The position numbers and the translations under genes are program-made. A model generated the notes under the pieces. The model searched no databases. It saw nothing but the letters and a program-made list of their open reading frames with translations, and was not told the DNA's origin. Of a stretch of 40,250 nt of DNA, positions 15,764-25,052 are shown in pieces (position 1 is the stretch's first letter; the number at the start of each line of letters is the position of its first letter). The DNA comes from a virus (Duplodnaviria > Caudoviricetes). The stretch covers positions 1 to 40,250 of the IMG/VR virus record IMGVR_UViG_3300024284_000010; one strand, written 5' to 3'.

Positions 15764-16336
15764 TTAAAATTCCTTTATCAAACTCCCTCTCCTCCCCCCT
15801 TTTTGAATTGGGGGTATTGGGGGGGGGGAGTTATTCTTAATAGGGTTCTTATTCATGGGTTCTTTATTGTAGCTCTGTGTGACCTCACCCTCAGGTCTGT
15901 GTGATCTCACCCCTGAGGTCTGTGTGATCTTAGGTGAGTTCTTTCTGATCCTAGGTGAGATCTGTGTGATCTGACCTATATTTTTTTGAAAAATATCATT
16001 ATTATCCGCCCAAATATTAGTGAGAATGATTTCATTAGTATCCCAATCACCAGATTCGGTTAATCGATTTGTTTTTTGAAGAAGAGGTTTTTTCAGAATT
16101 TTGTTTTCCTCAGCTAAAGAATTCAAAGTTCTCTTTAATGATGGAACACTTAACCCTGACATTTCCGCTAACTTTGCATAAGATTTGGTGCATGAACCTT
16201 TTTCTCCCGCGCATTCTTTGATAGCCCAATAAACGGAACGTTCAAAAGCTGTTAAACCAATTCTAGATAATATATTTTGTAGTAAAGTAAAGTATTTATG
16301 ATCGTTATTTTGATCTGTAATAGAAATATCAGACAT
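15764..16336 (-). CDS. HTH replication initiator (lambda O-like organisation)
   Basis: Winged HTH (KSYAKLAEMSGLSVPSLKRTLNSL) and internal iterons; GAGG RBS. Confidence 0.8.
   Translation of the reverse strand: MSDISITDQNNDHKYFTLLQNILSRIGLTAFERSVYWAIKECAGEKGSCTKSYAKLAEMSGLSVPSLKRTLNSLAEENKILKKPLLQKTNRLTESGDWDTNEIILTNIWADNNDIFQKNIGQITQISPRIRKNSPKITQTSGVRSHRPEGEVTQSYNKEPMNKNPIKNNSPPPIPPIQKGGRRGSLIKEF
15874..15972. repeat. Iterons (putative replication origin)
   Basis: TCTGTGTGA(T/C)CT at 15874, 15896, 15919 and 15961 plus a degenerate copy at 15940; spacing 21-23 bp. Confidence 0.85.
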
Positions 16337-16419
16337 AGAACCTCATAACAATGTTGCATTTTATTGCATGAGATGCTAAAGTGGAGTTACTAGATTCACA
16401 CTTACACCTCATGGTGTCC

Positions 16420-16450
16420 CAAAGGCTCGGACGGCTAATCCGGGCCTTTG
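16420..16450 (+). terminator. GC hairpin, probable terminator of a short antisense transcript
   Basis: CAAAGGCTCGGA-CGGCTAA-TCCGGGCCTTTG followed by TCACTTTT. Confidence 0.5.
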
Positions 16451-16772
16451 TCACTTTTACTCTATACACATTCTTAATTGATTTCCAGCATAATATCACA
16501 GGCAACCTCCTAATGAAATTAGTGTTGCCTATTGCTAAAAATCATAGAATTATGCAAATATTTCTACCGCATACGTTCCGTTTGTGGGCGCATCCATAAA
16601 CGGGATGGGCCCTTTTTTATGCAACACTAAGTATATTTTGAAATATGCTATTCGAGTCATTAGACATCCCGTATTGTTTAAATTTTATTACCATATAGGT
16701 CAAGTTTTAATGTTCAAAGCTGCAATCAAAGAATTTAAGTATACATGGCGGCATGATCGCACTTTTCGGTGG

Positions 16773-17030
16773 TTACTTTACCTTTTTTTCCTTGGTGCTA
16801 TTCCGATGATGTACTTCATGGGAATCATCACTTTCGCTGGGTAACCAGTCATAAACGGTAACTTTTCCGTTTGTAAATTTTTCAATTCCAATAGCCGTTT
16901 TCAATGTGGGTAAATATTCATCCACTAGTAGATGGCTCAGGGTAGCGTAGGAAATGCCTACTTCATCACAAAGAGCCCCTTTTTTTATTCTTTTTCCTTC
17001 TGGGGAGTCAAAAAATTCTGTTATTTTCAT
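16773..17030 (-). CDS. Cro/XRE-like HTH regulator
   Basis: KGALCDEVGISYATLSHL...PTLKTAIGIEKFTNGKVTVYDW. Confidence 0.85.
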   Translation of the reverse strand: MKITEFFDSPEGKRIKKGALCDEVGISYATLSHLLVDEYLPTLKTAIGIEKFTNGKVTVYDWLPSESDDSHEVHHRNSTKEKKVK

Positions 17031-17049
17031 ACTTTTTTCTCGTTTTAGG

Positions 17050-17118
17050 TTGACTTAATTTTAGGTTTCGTTTAATATATTCATTAAATAACGTAACTTT
17101 TTTGAGGTTTTAAGTCAA
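17050..17118. promoter_or_regulatory. Opposing sigma70-type promoter pair for leftward and rightward early operons
   Basis: Plus strand TTGACT(17050)-N17-TAATAT; minus strand TTGACT(17118)-N17-TACGTT; repeated TTT(A/GA)GGTT boxes. Confidence 0.6.
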
Positions 17119-17159
17119 GGGTTGCGTTTCAGTAGACAAAAACAAAAAAAGAGTGGTAT

Positions 17160-17378
17160 ATGGAAATACTAAATTTAAACTTAACGGGGGAATTTATGCG
17201 AAACGGAAATGACACTATTATATTTATGCAACAGATGATCCAAGATTTAGAATTGATTGCTGCGGAACCCAAGCATTATGGCAGCGAAGTAGCGCATAAA
17301 TTGGAAAATTTGTCTTATGAAATGTATCGAAATGTAAGTGAGCTACAAAGCTTGATTTACATGTATGGCGACATTTGA
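17160..17378 (+). CDS. Early hypothetical protein (start possibly 17196)
   Basis: First ORF of the rightward operon; GGGGG RBS before ATG 17196. Confidence 0.55.
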   Translation: MEILNLNLTGEFMRNGNDTIIFMQQMIQDLELIAAEPKHYGSEVAHKLENLSYEMYRNVSELQSLIYMYGDI

Positions 17379-17379
17379 C

Positions 17380-17526
17380 ATGTCAGATGAAGGATTTGAC
17401 ATAGACATAAGCGATACGCTCACAGAAGAGGAATTAGAGGACTTCCGTGAGCTTCGCTATCAAGAACAATATTGCGCTCAACTTTCAAGTGAAAGTTTGG
17501 GCCTGTGGGATAGGGATTTCTTTTAG
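17380..17526 (+). CDS. 48-aa highly acidic peptide (not in ORF track)
   Basis: MSDEGFDIDISDTLTEEELEDFRELRYQEQYCAQLSSESLGLWDRDFF; starts 1 nt after the previous stop. Confidence 0.5.
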   Translation: MSDEGFDIDISDTLTEEELEDFRELRYQEQYCAQLSSESLGLWDRDFF

Positions 17527-17833
17527 GAGTTACATATGAGCTTTGAAAACAAAGTTAAAGAATTATTGAAAAAATATGATCATATCACATCGGACGACTG
17601 GAAAATGATTTGCTTTGCTCTATTTCTGGAATACCAAGATGAAGATAGTTTAAATGAATTGTGTAAGGGAATATATGCGAAAAAAACATGAGAGATGCTT
17701 GCAACATCTCCCATGAAAGAACAAATGAACCATACTCTTAACAAATAAGAAAGTCTCTCTATGGAGGGCAATTGAAAACCGTTTCAATCACTTGGCAGAA
17801 TAATACAAAAAATAAAAATAAAGGCAAGAAAAA

Positions 17834-18637
17834 ATGACAAATACAGAAAATTTACCAGCTATAAATTCAACGTTATTACCTGCGGCCCAAGAATTTCAAA
17901 TGTTCCAGACTATTGCAAATTCTGCTAAGAAATCTGGGCTATATGGAGGAGATGAACATAAGATATTTATGATATTGCTTTCTGCTAGGGAGTTGGGGGT
18001 TAGCCCAATGTTGGCATTGAATGGGGGTCTTTGGAACATTCAGGGAAAGGTTGAAATATCAGCTAGGCTTATGAATAGTCTTATCCGAAGAGCTGGGCAT
18101 ACTATGCAGATTACAAGCACTCGCACTGAGTGTACAATTGTAGGCATGAGAGCCGACACTAAGGAAGTTCATACCGAAATTTTTACTTTAGAAATGGCAG
18201 AACGTGCCGGTATTGCTAAAGGCAATGTATGGCAGAAGTATGCCGAAGATATGCTTTATGCTAGATGCATGTCCAGGCTTGCTAGACGATTGTTTCCTGA
18301 TGTAATTGGAACTTCATACGTAGAAGGAGAACTGCGCGAACCTAGAGACAATAGAGAAGAATTGCAACCTATGCCATATGAAGAAGTAACTACCAATGAA
18401 GTACCAATTCCTATCAATTCGGTAACTGCACCTCCAGAAAAAAATCTTGCTATTAATCAGGAGCAAATTGATACTCTTGCGTCTTACATGCCTAAAATAA
18501 CACAAAAATGCAAATACAACTTTTTTGATTTCTTTGGTATTAAAGATGAGTCCGAATTACATAAAATCCCGGCAGATAAATATAAAGGTACTATTAATAG
18601 TTTTGATTTAAATATTGCTTCACAAGTGGCTTCATAA
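17834..18637 (+). CDS. RecT-like single-strand annealing protein
   Basis: ARELGVSPMLAL...IQGK, AERAGI...NVWQKYAEDMLYARCMSRLARRLFPDVI; adjacent to an exonuclease. Confidence 0.8.
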   Translation: MTNTENLPAINSTLLPAAQEFQMFQTIANSAKKSGLYGGDEHKIFMILLSARELGVSPMLALNGGLWNIQGKVEISARLMNSLIRRAGHTMQITSTRTECTIVGMRADTKEVHTEIFTLEMAERAGIAKGNVWQKYAEDMLYARCMSRLARRLFPDVIGTSYVEGELREPRDNREELQPMPYEEVTTNEVPIPINSVTAPPEKNLAINQEQIDTLASYMPKITQKCKYNFFDFFGIKDESELHKIPADKYKGTINSFDLNIASQVAS

Positions 18638-19254
18638 TGAAAATAATAGAATTCGAAGGCGGTCAGGGTTCTGAATCCTGGCTGCAATGGCGTAGATCAA
18701 AGGTAACTGCGACAGATGCAGGAATTATTCTTGGCCTTAACAAATTTAAGGATATGCACCAACTATGGCAAGAGAAAATGGGATTCATTAATCCTGAGCC
18801 ACCATCGGAAGCCATGAAGCGTGGTAGCCTTTTGGAAAATGAGGCCAGAGAATTATTAAGTGAAAAAACAGGAATTGATTTTCAGCCTGCCGTTATAGAA
18901 AGTAGTAAGTTTTATTGGATGGGTGCTTCACTTGATGGCATTAACTATGAAAAAAAAGTTATTTGTGAAATTAAATGTATGAAATTAAGCAAACACATGA
19001 ATGTTTCATTTGACACATTAGATCCATGTCATTTTTCACAAATGCAACATTCTTTAGCTTGTTCATGTTTCAACCTAGCATATTTTGGAAGTTATCATCC
19101 AGATGCAGAAGAAAAACTAAAAATAATTTATGTACCTGCATATTTAGAATATCAAAAAAATATGATTGAAAAGGAAGAGGAATTCTACTTCGAGACTATG
19201 TGCAATATGCAGCCGACTAGAGAAAGTTTTAAATTTAAAGAAAAGGTTAGATAA
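18637..19254 (+). CDS. YqaJ/lambda-exonuclease family protein
   Basis: QGSESWLQWRR, TATDA, MKRGSLLENEAR, ASLDG, CEIKC, QMQH motifs. Confidence 0.92.
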   Translation: MKIIEFEGGQGSESWLQWRRSKVTATDAGIILGLNKFKDMHQLWQEKMGFINPEPPSEAMKRGSLLENEARELLSEKTGIDFQPAVIESSKFYWMGASLDGINYEKKVICEIKCMKLSKHMNVSFDTLDPCHFSQMQHSLACSCFNLAYFGSYHPDAEEKLKIIYVPAYLEYQKNMIEKEEEFYFETMCNMQPTRESFKFKEKVR

Positions 19255-19479
19255 ATGAGTATAGATGAAAATAAATTAGCTTTTGAATTAGGTAGATGGA
19301 CTAATAAAATAGATATTATGTATTTAGAGGTACAAAAAGTTCTAAAAAATATAGAGGAGAATTCAATTTTATCGGAAAACTCCATAGAAATTCTAAAGTT
19401 GTTATCAAATGATTTATTTGAATTCCCAATACGTTTTGATCTTGATGATCTTTTTCCACAAATATATGAATCAGAATAA
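19255..19479 (+). CDS. Hypothetical protein
   Basis: Abuts the exonuclease stop; followed by hairpin CGCGAGAA...TTCTCGCG. Confidence 0.55.
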   Translation: MSIDENKLAFELGRWTNKIDIMYLEVQKVLKNIEENSILSENSIEILKLLSNDLFEFPIRFDLDDLFPQIYESE

Positions 19480-19619
19480 ATAAAAACGCGCGAGAACCAT
19501 GCTAACTAATTCTCGCGGCAGCACGATTGCTGAAGATTTATCTTTTGAAATTACCTAGCATAAAGCCAAAGAGATAACAGCCAATGCCAAATATAAAGCA
19601 TACATATATTGCATAATTG

Positions 19620-19895
19620 TCATCCATTTTTAATTCTTTGTTGGGCGATTTCGAAGTACTCTAGTTCTTTTTCTATGCCTATAAAATTTATGCCTAGTTC
19701 TTTACAAGCCATACCAGTTGTTCCCGATCCCATGAAGGGATCTAAACATATTGGATTTCCTGGAGGAGCTAGAAGCTTTAGGATGTATTTTAGTAGACTT
19801 AACGGCTTTACCGTAGGATGTATATTTTTTATTTCAACAAAATACTCCTTATATTTCTCAGGAATCCTATTGAACTGCTCTTTTGATATCTTCAT
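19620..19895 (-). CDS. DNA methyltransferase (N6/N4, beta class), C-terminal fragment
   Basis: HPTVKP and SAM-binding LDPFMGSGTT, FIGIEKELEYFEIAQQRI. Confidence 0.85.
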   Translation of the reverse strand: MKISKEQFNRIPEKYKEYFVEIKNIHPTVKPLSLLKYILKLLAPPGNPICLDPFMGSGTTGMACKELGINFIGIEKELEYFEIAQQRIKNG

Positions 19896-20583
19896 AAACC
19901 TTTTCCAAATCCTCTTTAATCTGTCTGTCAGTTATTCTTAGAACATAATATCCGCATTTATTAAAATAGGCGTCTTGAGATTCATCTAATCGCTTTCTTT
20001 TTGGTTTTTCATGCCAATATTCGCCATCCCATTGAATTATTAATTTAACATCATCAATCAACACATCTACCAAGAATTTATTAAACATAAAAACCTGTTC
20101 TTGAAACGACACTTTCAATTCCTGAAGAATTTCACGTCCTTTAATTTCTAGTTTATTCAAACCCTTTTTCGATTGTTGAGACAAATTACCCAATACTGCT
20201 ATTTCCGTTAATCTTTGTTTATCTTTCAAACGACAATCTGTGCTGCAATAAGTAGGGTTAGCTTGAGTGGTTCTAGATTTACTCCATTTGAAATTGCAAT
20301 GACAAATTTTACAGACATAAGAAACTTTACTTTTTCCTTGAAAATTGTTGTGGCAATCCATTGAACAAAAGTTTTTTTCTCTTATCTGACCTGATGGCTT
20401 ATAACATTCTGCTTTACACCATTCACATTTAATAAATTTCCCAGTCTTATTATTAGGTCTTTCTGAAGAATTTCTATAGCAGACTAAAGAACAATATTTA
20501 GTATTTCCACTGTTCCTTCTCAAAGATACAATTTTTTTGCATCCAATACATTCAAATTCTCTTATTTTATACATATTCTTCAT
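19867..20583 (-). CDS. Zinc-finger repeat + DUF559/Vsr-like endonuclease inserted in the methyltransferase
   Basis: Three CxxC...YCS/FCS repeats; FLVDVLI...IQWDGEYWH...QDAYFNKCGYYVLRI. Confidence 0.85.
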   Translation of the reverse strand: MKNMYKIREFECIGCKKIVSLRRNSGNTKYCSLVCYRNSSERPNNKTGKFIKCEWCKAECYKPSGQIREKNFCSMDCHNNFQGKSKVSYVCKICHCNFKWSKSRTTQANPTYCSTDCRLKDKQRLTEIAVLGNLSQQSKKGLNKLEIKGREILQELKVSFQEQVFMFNKFLVDVLIDDVKLIIQWDGEYWHEKPKRKRLDESQDAYFNKCGYYVLRITDRQIKEDLEKVYEDIKRAVQ

Positions 20584-20590
20584 GTATAAA

Positions 20591-20619
20591 AGTATATCAT
20601 AAAATCAATTGGTTAGCAA
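20591..20619 (-). promoter_or_regulatory. Promoter giving a probably leaderless endonuclease mRNA
   Basis: TTGCTA-N17-TATACT with TG extension; 7 nt separate the -10 box from the ATG; no SD. Confidence 0.6.
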
Positions 20620-21378
20620 TGAAAATATCTCATCTTGAATATGTTTTGGAGTGTTTTCTTTTAAGTAATATCCCTCAAGCCCTTTATTCCTTTCCGCGCT
20701 GGAAGCTTTGGCACAATAAAAAAATCTTGATTGTTCATCTTGGTCAACCACTTTAAAAAATCTTGAGGCTCCTCCTGAATCGGCTTCATATTTTCTTAAT
20801 CCAGAAATAGGATTTAAACCCGAAAAAGTTTTACCTTTCTGAGATTTAGAATGCTTATCACCTGATCCACTTTTTAAAATCCCCGTCATTTCATCTAATT
20901 GCTCAGAGCTAAATTCATCTAGGATTATGTTTGCTGGCCATCTTTTACCTTCAATCCGACATTCTTCAATATTTAATCTAGGATTAGGACCTGGTTTTCT
21001 AGCTAAAATAATTGGCTCATATGCAGGTTTTAAACAACCTTTACTTTTAGGGAATCCTTGCCCATGCAACCACATAATTACATCACGTAGATCAAAACCT
21101 GCGCATTCTAATGCATGCATTAATTTATGATGTGTTCTTGGTGCTCCAAAAGCTGCAAGCATTGATCCAGGCTTACAAATTCGCCAAGCTTGTTGCCAAA
21201 TATCTATATTAGGAGTTCTACTGTCCCAATGTTTACCCATAAAATGCAGGCCATAAGGGGGATCAGTTATTACGAAATCAATAGAATTATCTGGCATTTT
21301 ACGCATTTCTTCTAGACAATCGCCATGAAGCATAGTTTGCGTGCTGATATAATCCATGATGTCCATTTGTTTTTGCAT
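20605..21378 (-). CDS. DNA methyltransferase, N-terminal catalytic fragment
   Basis: LHGDCLEEM, VITDPPY, GQGFPKS, LKPAYEPIILARKP, RWPANIIL, RFFYCAKAS; start set at ATG 21378. Confidence 0.88.
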   Translation of the reverse strand: MQKQMDIMDYISTQTMLHGDCLEEMRKMPDNSIDFVITDPPYGLHFMGKHWDSRTPNIDIWQQAWRICKPGSMLAAFGAPRTHHKLMHALECAGFDLRDVIMWLHGQGFPKSKGCLKPAYEPIILARKPGPNPRLNIEECRIEGKRWPANIILDEFSSEQLDEMTGILKSGSGDKHSKSQKGKTFSGLNPISGLRKYEADSGGASRFFKVVDQDEQSRFFYCAKASSAERNKGLEGYYLKENTPKHIQDEIFSLLTN

Positions 21379-21513
21379 TATTTCTTTTTCTTCTTCATTT
21401 TCATGCCAGCATCGCAAGCTTTGTCCCGCTTTACGTCCATTTTGACTAGCTTGTCCATGCCTTTATCCATTGCTTTTTTTTCTTTTTTAATCGCTTTGTC
21501 CATACAATTTCCT

Positions 21514-21735
21514 TTAATCCTCTATTGATTCTTTAAATCTAGTGTAACTGTCAATGACTCGATCGGCATAATGAAGCCTCGTTAGTAGGTCATCTATCAA
21601 GTTTTCGCGCTCTAGGCAAGTAATATGTTCTCTATCAGTCGACTTCAATGTATCATGCTTTTTGATGCGCATTTGCTTGAACATGCGCCATTTATGCCTA
21701 ATTTGATCGCATGAAAAGCGTTTCCAGTTGATCAT
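21514..21735 (-). CDS. Hypothetical protein
   Basis: 73-aa ORF with AAGG RBS. Confidence 0.5.
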   Translation of the reverse strand: MINWKRFSCDQIRHKWRMFKQMRIKKHDTLKSTDREHITCLERENLIDDLLTRLHYADRVIDSYTRFKESIED

Positions 21736-22179
21736 TTCTTACCTTTTTTGCATTTGTTTCCGTGATAATACAACATCGCTAAAATCGATACGAAAACGAT
21801 TAAAATAAAAAAATAATTAAAAACATCCATTATTTTTCACCAACCTTTTTCGTGTCATTAAGAAAATGGTCTTTGTAGCCTTTCAGGGATATTTCTTTAA
21901 CTTTATATTCTTTTCCATTCCAAAGAAAAACCATATCAACTTTAATCCTTGTCGTTTGAGGAGGATTATAGATTAATGGGATCATTTCTTGCCTTTTTTC
22001 TTAGCTTCAGACTCAGCGATGGCTTTCATTTGTTGAGGATCTTTCACTATAGGACCTTCCTTGCTTCCAGAATGCAATTTTCCTGCATATCCTTCTTTCA
22101 TAACTTTAGCAATTTTTCGTTGCTCTTTACCCTTAGCCATGTTATAACCCTTGTTTAAATTTTAAACAGGATTTTACAT

Positions 22180-22440
22180 ATGAAAATATTTTTAGCTAGC
22201 GGAATCTCACTTTTTTTAACACTTAGCGCTACTTTGACTCCTCAAATAAGCCATGCAACTGTTGAAGATGCTAAAAAATTAGCTGAAGAACAAGTGCTAG
22301 TCCTAGAATTGCATATGGCACATTGCGAAGAAGAAGGATACAATAATGGATTGATTATGGACTACCAATACCATAACGGATATGTCCATGGCGCAAGAGA
22401 TGCTTATCGGAATATGCTAAAGAAGATAGATCAAAATTAG
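22180..22440 (+). CDS. Small exported protein (signal peptide)
   Basis: MK plus hydrophobic stretch ending SHA; AGGA RBS. Confidence 0.6.
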   Translation: MKIFLASGISLFLTLSATLTPQISHATVEDAKKLAEEQVLVLELHMAHCEEEGYNNGLIMDYQYHNGYVHGARDAYRNMLKKIDQN

Positions 22441-23780
22441 CATACTAAGAAGCCTGAAAATGTTGAATCTGTTGCTAAAACATCCACGACTTTTGTTCCG
22501 CCTAAAATGGCAACATTAACTTTACATGTATCTGTTGCAGTCATATCTAAGAGAATACTTCCACATGCTCTTAAATTTGTTCCAACAGTCATTGCAACTC
22601 CCCAATTATAAGAATTTATATTGGTTGTCCTACTTGTTGCGGTAATTGTAACGTTTCCGCTTGTATTAGCTACACCTAAACCGCCTAAACAAGTAGTAAC
22701 ATTAATCTGATATCTACCAGTAACTGGAGCGGTAAATATACCTGTAGATGGGTCATAGTTGGAATTTTGATCGAAAATTTCATTAGCATAAAGAATTGTA
22801 TAATTTGTTCCATCACCTGTTACATCACTCTGAAGGCTTGCAGTAGCTAAAAATGCAGGCTGTAAAGTACTTCTATGAGTTCCAAATCTGTTTACTAAAG
22901 CTACTTGAGTGGTAGTATTTATCGTATTCGATGTTCCGCCAAATGACAATTCGGAATAAGATAGACTTCCTGCACCTGTTATCGCATTTGTATTACTACT
23001 TGAAACAGTACAAAATTGCATTTTTGCAGAAGAGCTTCCAATTGACACTGCCGAAGCTGATCCACTATCAAATCTGCACCATTTACAACTTGATGTTCCT
23101 CCTCCGATTGTCGAAGCAGTGACGTTTTGAGCCACTGTGCTAAATAAAGAATGTTCCCAAGTGATTGCGCCAGTTGATGAAGTAGTAATAGGAAATAAAA
23201 ATCTAGAAAAATAAATATCTAAAATACCTGCCGAACAAGTCGACGCTGTAGTTGATGCGCCAGTATTTGTGAAACTGCTATTTTGAATTTCTAATTTACC
23301 AGATGAAGAATGTGTAAAAAGACCTATTCCTGTAGTACCTAGATCACCATTGCAATTAAAAATATTAATAGATGCTGAAGCATTTGACACACTAAAAGTA
23401 ATCCCAGTGGTATTAGTGCAATTCAAATAACAATTATTAATATTAAGGATAGATGCAGCCGACCCGGTGACGGCGATAAGTGCTGCTGAATTGGTTACAA
23501 GACGTAATCCGCTGATTGTGCTAGTCCCTGCTCCCGTCATCGTCAATGTACCTGTAATCGAGGGTACGTTTAATGTGCCACCTGAAGGCCCAACTATGTT
23601 TATTCCTGGAGTTATCGTTACGTTTTCCGTAACACTATCTCTCAACATAATTGTATCACCTACGGAGCAGGCTGCCATTGCCGACGCCAACGTTACGTGC
23701 GTGCCATTGGCTGCTGATGTTGCAACTATCGCTGCATATTCGCCGTATCGATTTGTGCTTAGTGCATGAGAAAAAGTCAT
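22437..23780 (-). CDS. Tail fibre/spike: beta-helix plus C-terminal C1q-like domain
   Basis: Ser/Thr/Gly-rich repeats; PAFLA...EIFDQNSNYDPSTGIFTAPVTGRYQINV. Confidence 0.75.
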   Translation of the reverse strand: MTFSHALSTNRYGEYAAIVATSAANGTHVTLASAMAACSVGDTIMLRDSVTENVTITPGINIVGPSGGTLNVPSITGTLTMTGAGTSTISGLRLVTNSAALIAVTGSAASILNINNCYLNCTNTTGITFSVSNASASINIFNCNGDLGTTGIGLFTHSSSGKLEIQNSSFTNTGASTTASTCSAGILDIYFSRFLFPITTSSTGAITWEHSLFSTVAQNVTASTIGGGTSSCKWCRFDSGSASAVSIGSSSAKMQFCTVSSSNTNAITGAGSLSYSELSFGGTSNTINTTTQVALVNRFGTHRSTLQPAFLATASLQSDVTGDGTNYTILYANEIFDQNSNYDPSTGIFTAPVTGRYQINVTTCLGGLGVANTSGNVTITATSRTTNINSYNWGVAMTVGTNLRACGSILLDMTATDTCKVNVAILGGTKVVDVLATDSTFSGFLVC

Positions 23781-23793
23781 GTTAAATCCTTTA

Positions 23794-24483
23794 TTAAGCC
23801 ATTACCCAAGTTCCAACAACCGATGTGGCGTACCACGTTAAATCTGCTAAGCGAAATCGTAGGCAAACTGCGTCGCCTATCTGCGTGCTCGTAGCCGTGC
23901 CACCTCCAGAAGTTATTAAAGTCCCTATACGCACAAAATTTGCAGCAGGTGCATCAATGGCAACTAAATTTGCTGTCGTACATATAACTTCTACCAAATC
24001 GCCATCAGCAGCGGGTGAAGGCAAATTCAGAATGATATTTCCACCAGCAGTGATAAAAGATCCAGAATTTACCGTTGCCGTTGAAGTTGCTGGAAAAGCA
24101 GCATAGGGGGGGCTTTTAATTGTAAGAGTATTGAGTGAACCAGTTGTTTTGCTTCCTGATAATCCAAGTATTGAAACGTTGCCAGAAACGTTAGGCACAA
24201 CAGGATTTGTACCATTATCAGGAGTAAATGAGTCAACTGCTGTTCCTCCTCCCGCAAGATCTAAAGTAATATTTGGAGAAGAATAGCCGATTGTAATTGT
24301 ATTATTTGGGGACGTCAATTGACCGACTTTTATATGTCCACCATTATTAGGTCTATCTGAAGTTGTATGACCTATAAATAATTGACCATTTGTTGTCATA
24401 GCTCCGGCTCTAGCCGTTCCATCAAATGACATATTGTCAGCGAATAATATTGTTTCGTCGCCAGTAACGCTGCTTGATCCCAT
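23794..24483 (-). CDS. Tail fibre-associated protein
   Basis: Gly/Thr-rich beta protein in the fibre cluster. Confidence 0.6.
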   Translation of the reverse strand: MGSSSVTGDETILFADNMSFDGTARAGAMTTNGQLFIGHTTSDRPNNGGHIKVGQLTSPNNTITIGYSSPNITLDLAGGGTAVDSFTPDNGTNPVVPNVSGNVSILGLSGSKTTGSLNTLTIKSPPYAAFPATSTATVNSGSFITAGGNIILNLPSPAADGDLVEVICTTANLVAIDAPAANFVRIGTLITSGGGTATSTQIGDAVCLRFRLADLTWYATSVVGTWVMA

Positions 24484-24484
24484 A

Positions 24485-25045
24485 TTATGTCACCTGTCTA
24501 TATGTTAAAACGGCATCCCAATTAATTGTAAGCCCTGCAACGCCTTGAACTCTTAAAAGTACATTATTAGCACCATCAACGATTAAGAAAATATCTGCAG
24601 TTACTAATGCAGCATCTTCAAACGTAGTCGGATATTCTGTTCCGATTTCTGTGGCAATTGATGCTACGCTTTTCATCCCACTATAGAAATCATAAGAAGC
24701 CCCGTCACCTGTAGATTGAACACGCAAGGTAACTGTTCCTTGAATTGAATAAACGAAATTATTTGTAAGAGGAAGTGTAATGATAGTCGTTAATGTCGCG
24801 TCTGTGGTAGTTATTTGATTAGTAGCACGATTTGTAAGAACGACATCAACTTCATTCTGTGTGCCAGTTCCAACAACTCCACCCTTGGTTATGATTCCAT
24901 TATCATTATTTTCTACAGAATCAAAACCATTTATTATAAGAACATTTGCTAGGGGAACCGCTGTTCCGTTTTGAGTATTGAAGCTAGTTGGGATCGCTGG
25001 CGGTATGGGACCCCCAGAAGTCAATGTTTTAGTTATTTGGCTCAA
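24485..25045 (-). CDS. Tail fibre-associated protein
   Basis: TTG start with AGGTGG RBS; SFNTQNGTAVP resembles SFTPDNGTNPVVP of the neighbouring gene. Confidence 0.6.
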   Translation of the reverse strand: MSQITKTLTSGGPIPPAIPTSFNTQNGTAVPLANVLIINGFDSVENNDNGIITKGGVVGTGTQNEVDVVLTNRATNQITTTDATLTTIITLPLTNNFVYSIQGTVTLRVQSTGDGASYDFYSGMKSVASIATEIGTEYPTTFEDAALVTADIFLIVDGANNVLLRVQGVAGLTINWDAVLTYRQVT

Positions 25046-25052
25046 TTTCCAC

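Noticed and set aside
15874-15972. CRISPR-like repeat array
   Set aside because: Repeats are 12 bp with about 10-bp gaps inside a coding initiator gene and there are no cas genes; iterons fit better.
16381-16844. Plus-strand ORFs 16381..16599 and 16584..16844
   Set aside because: GTG starts without clear RBS, crossing a terminator-like hairpin and the cro gene; no recognisable product.
19867-20604. Group I intron or intein around the endonuclease in the methyltransferase
   Set aside because: Only 21 nt separate the genes on one side and they overlap on the other. I saw no P1/P7 elements or intein termini.
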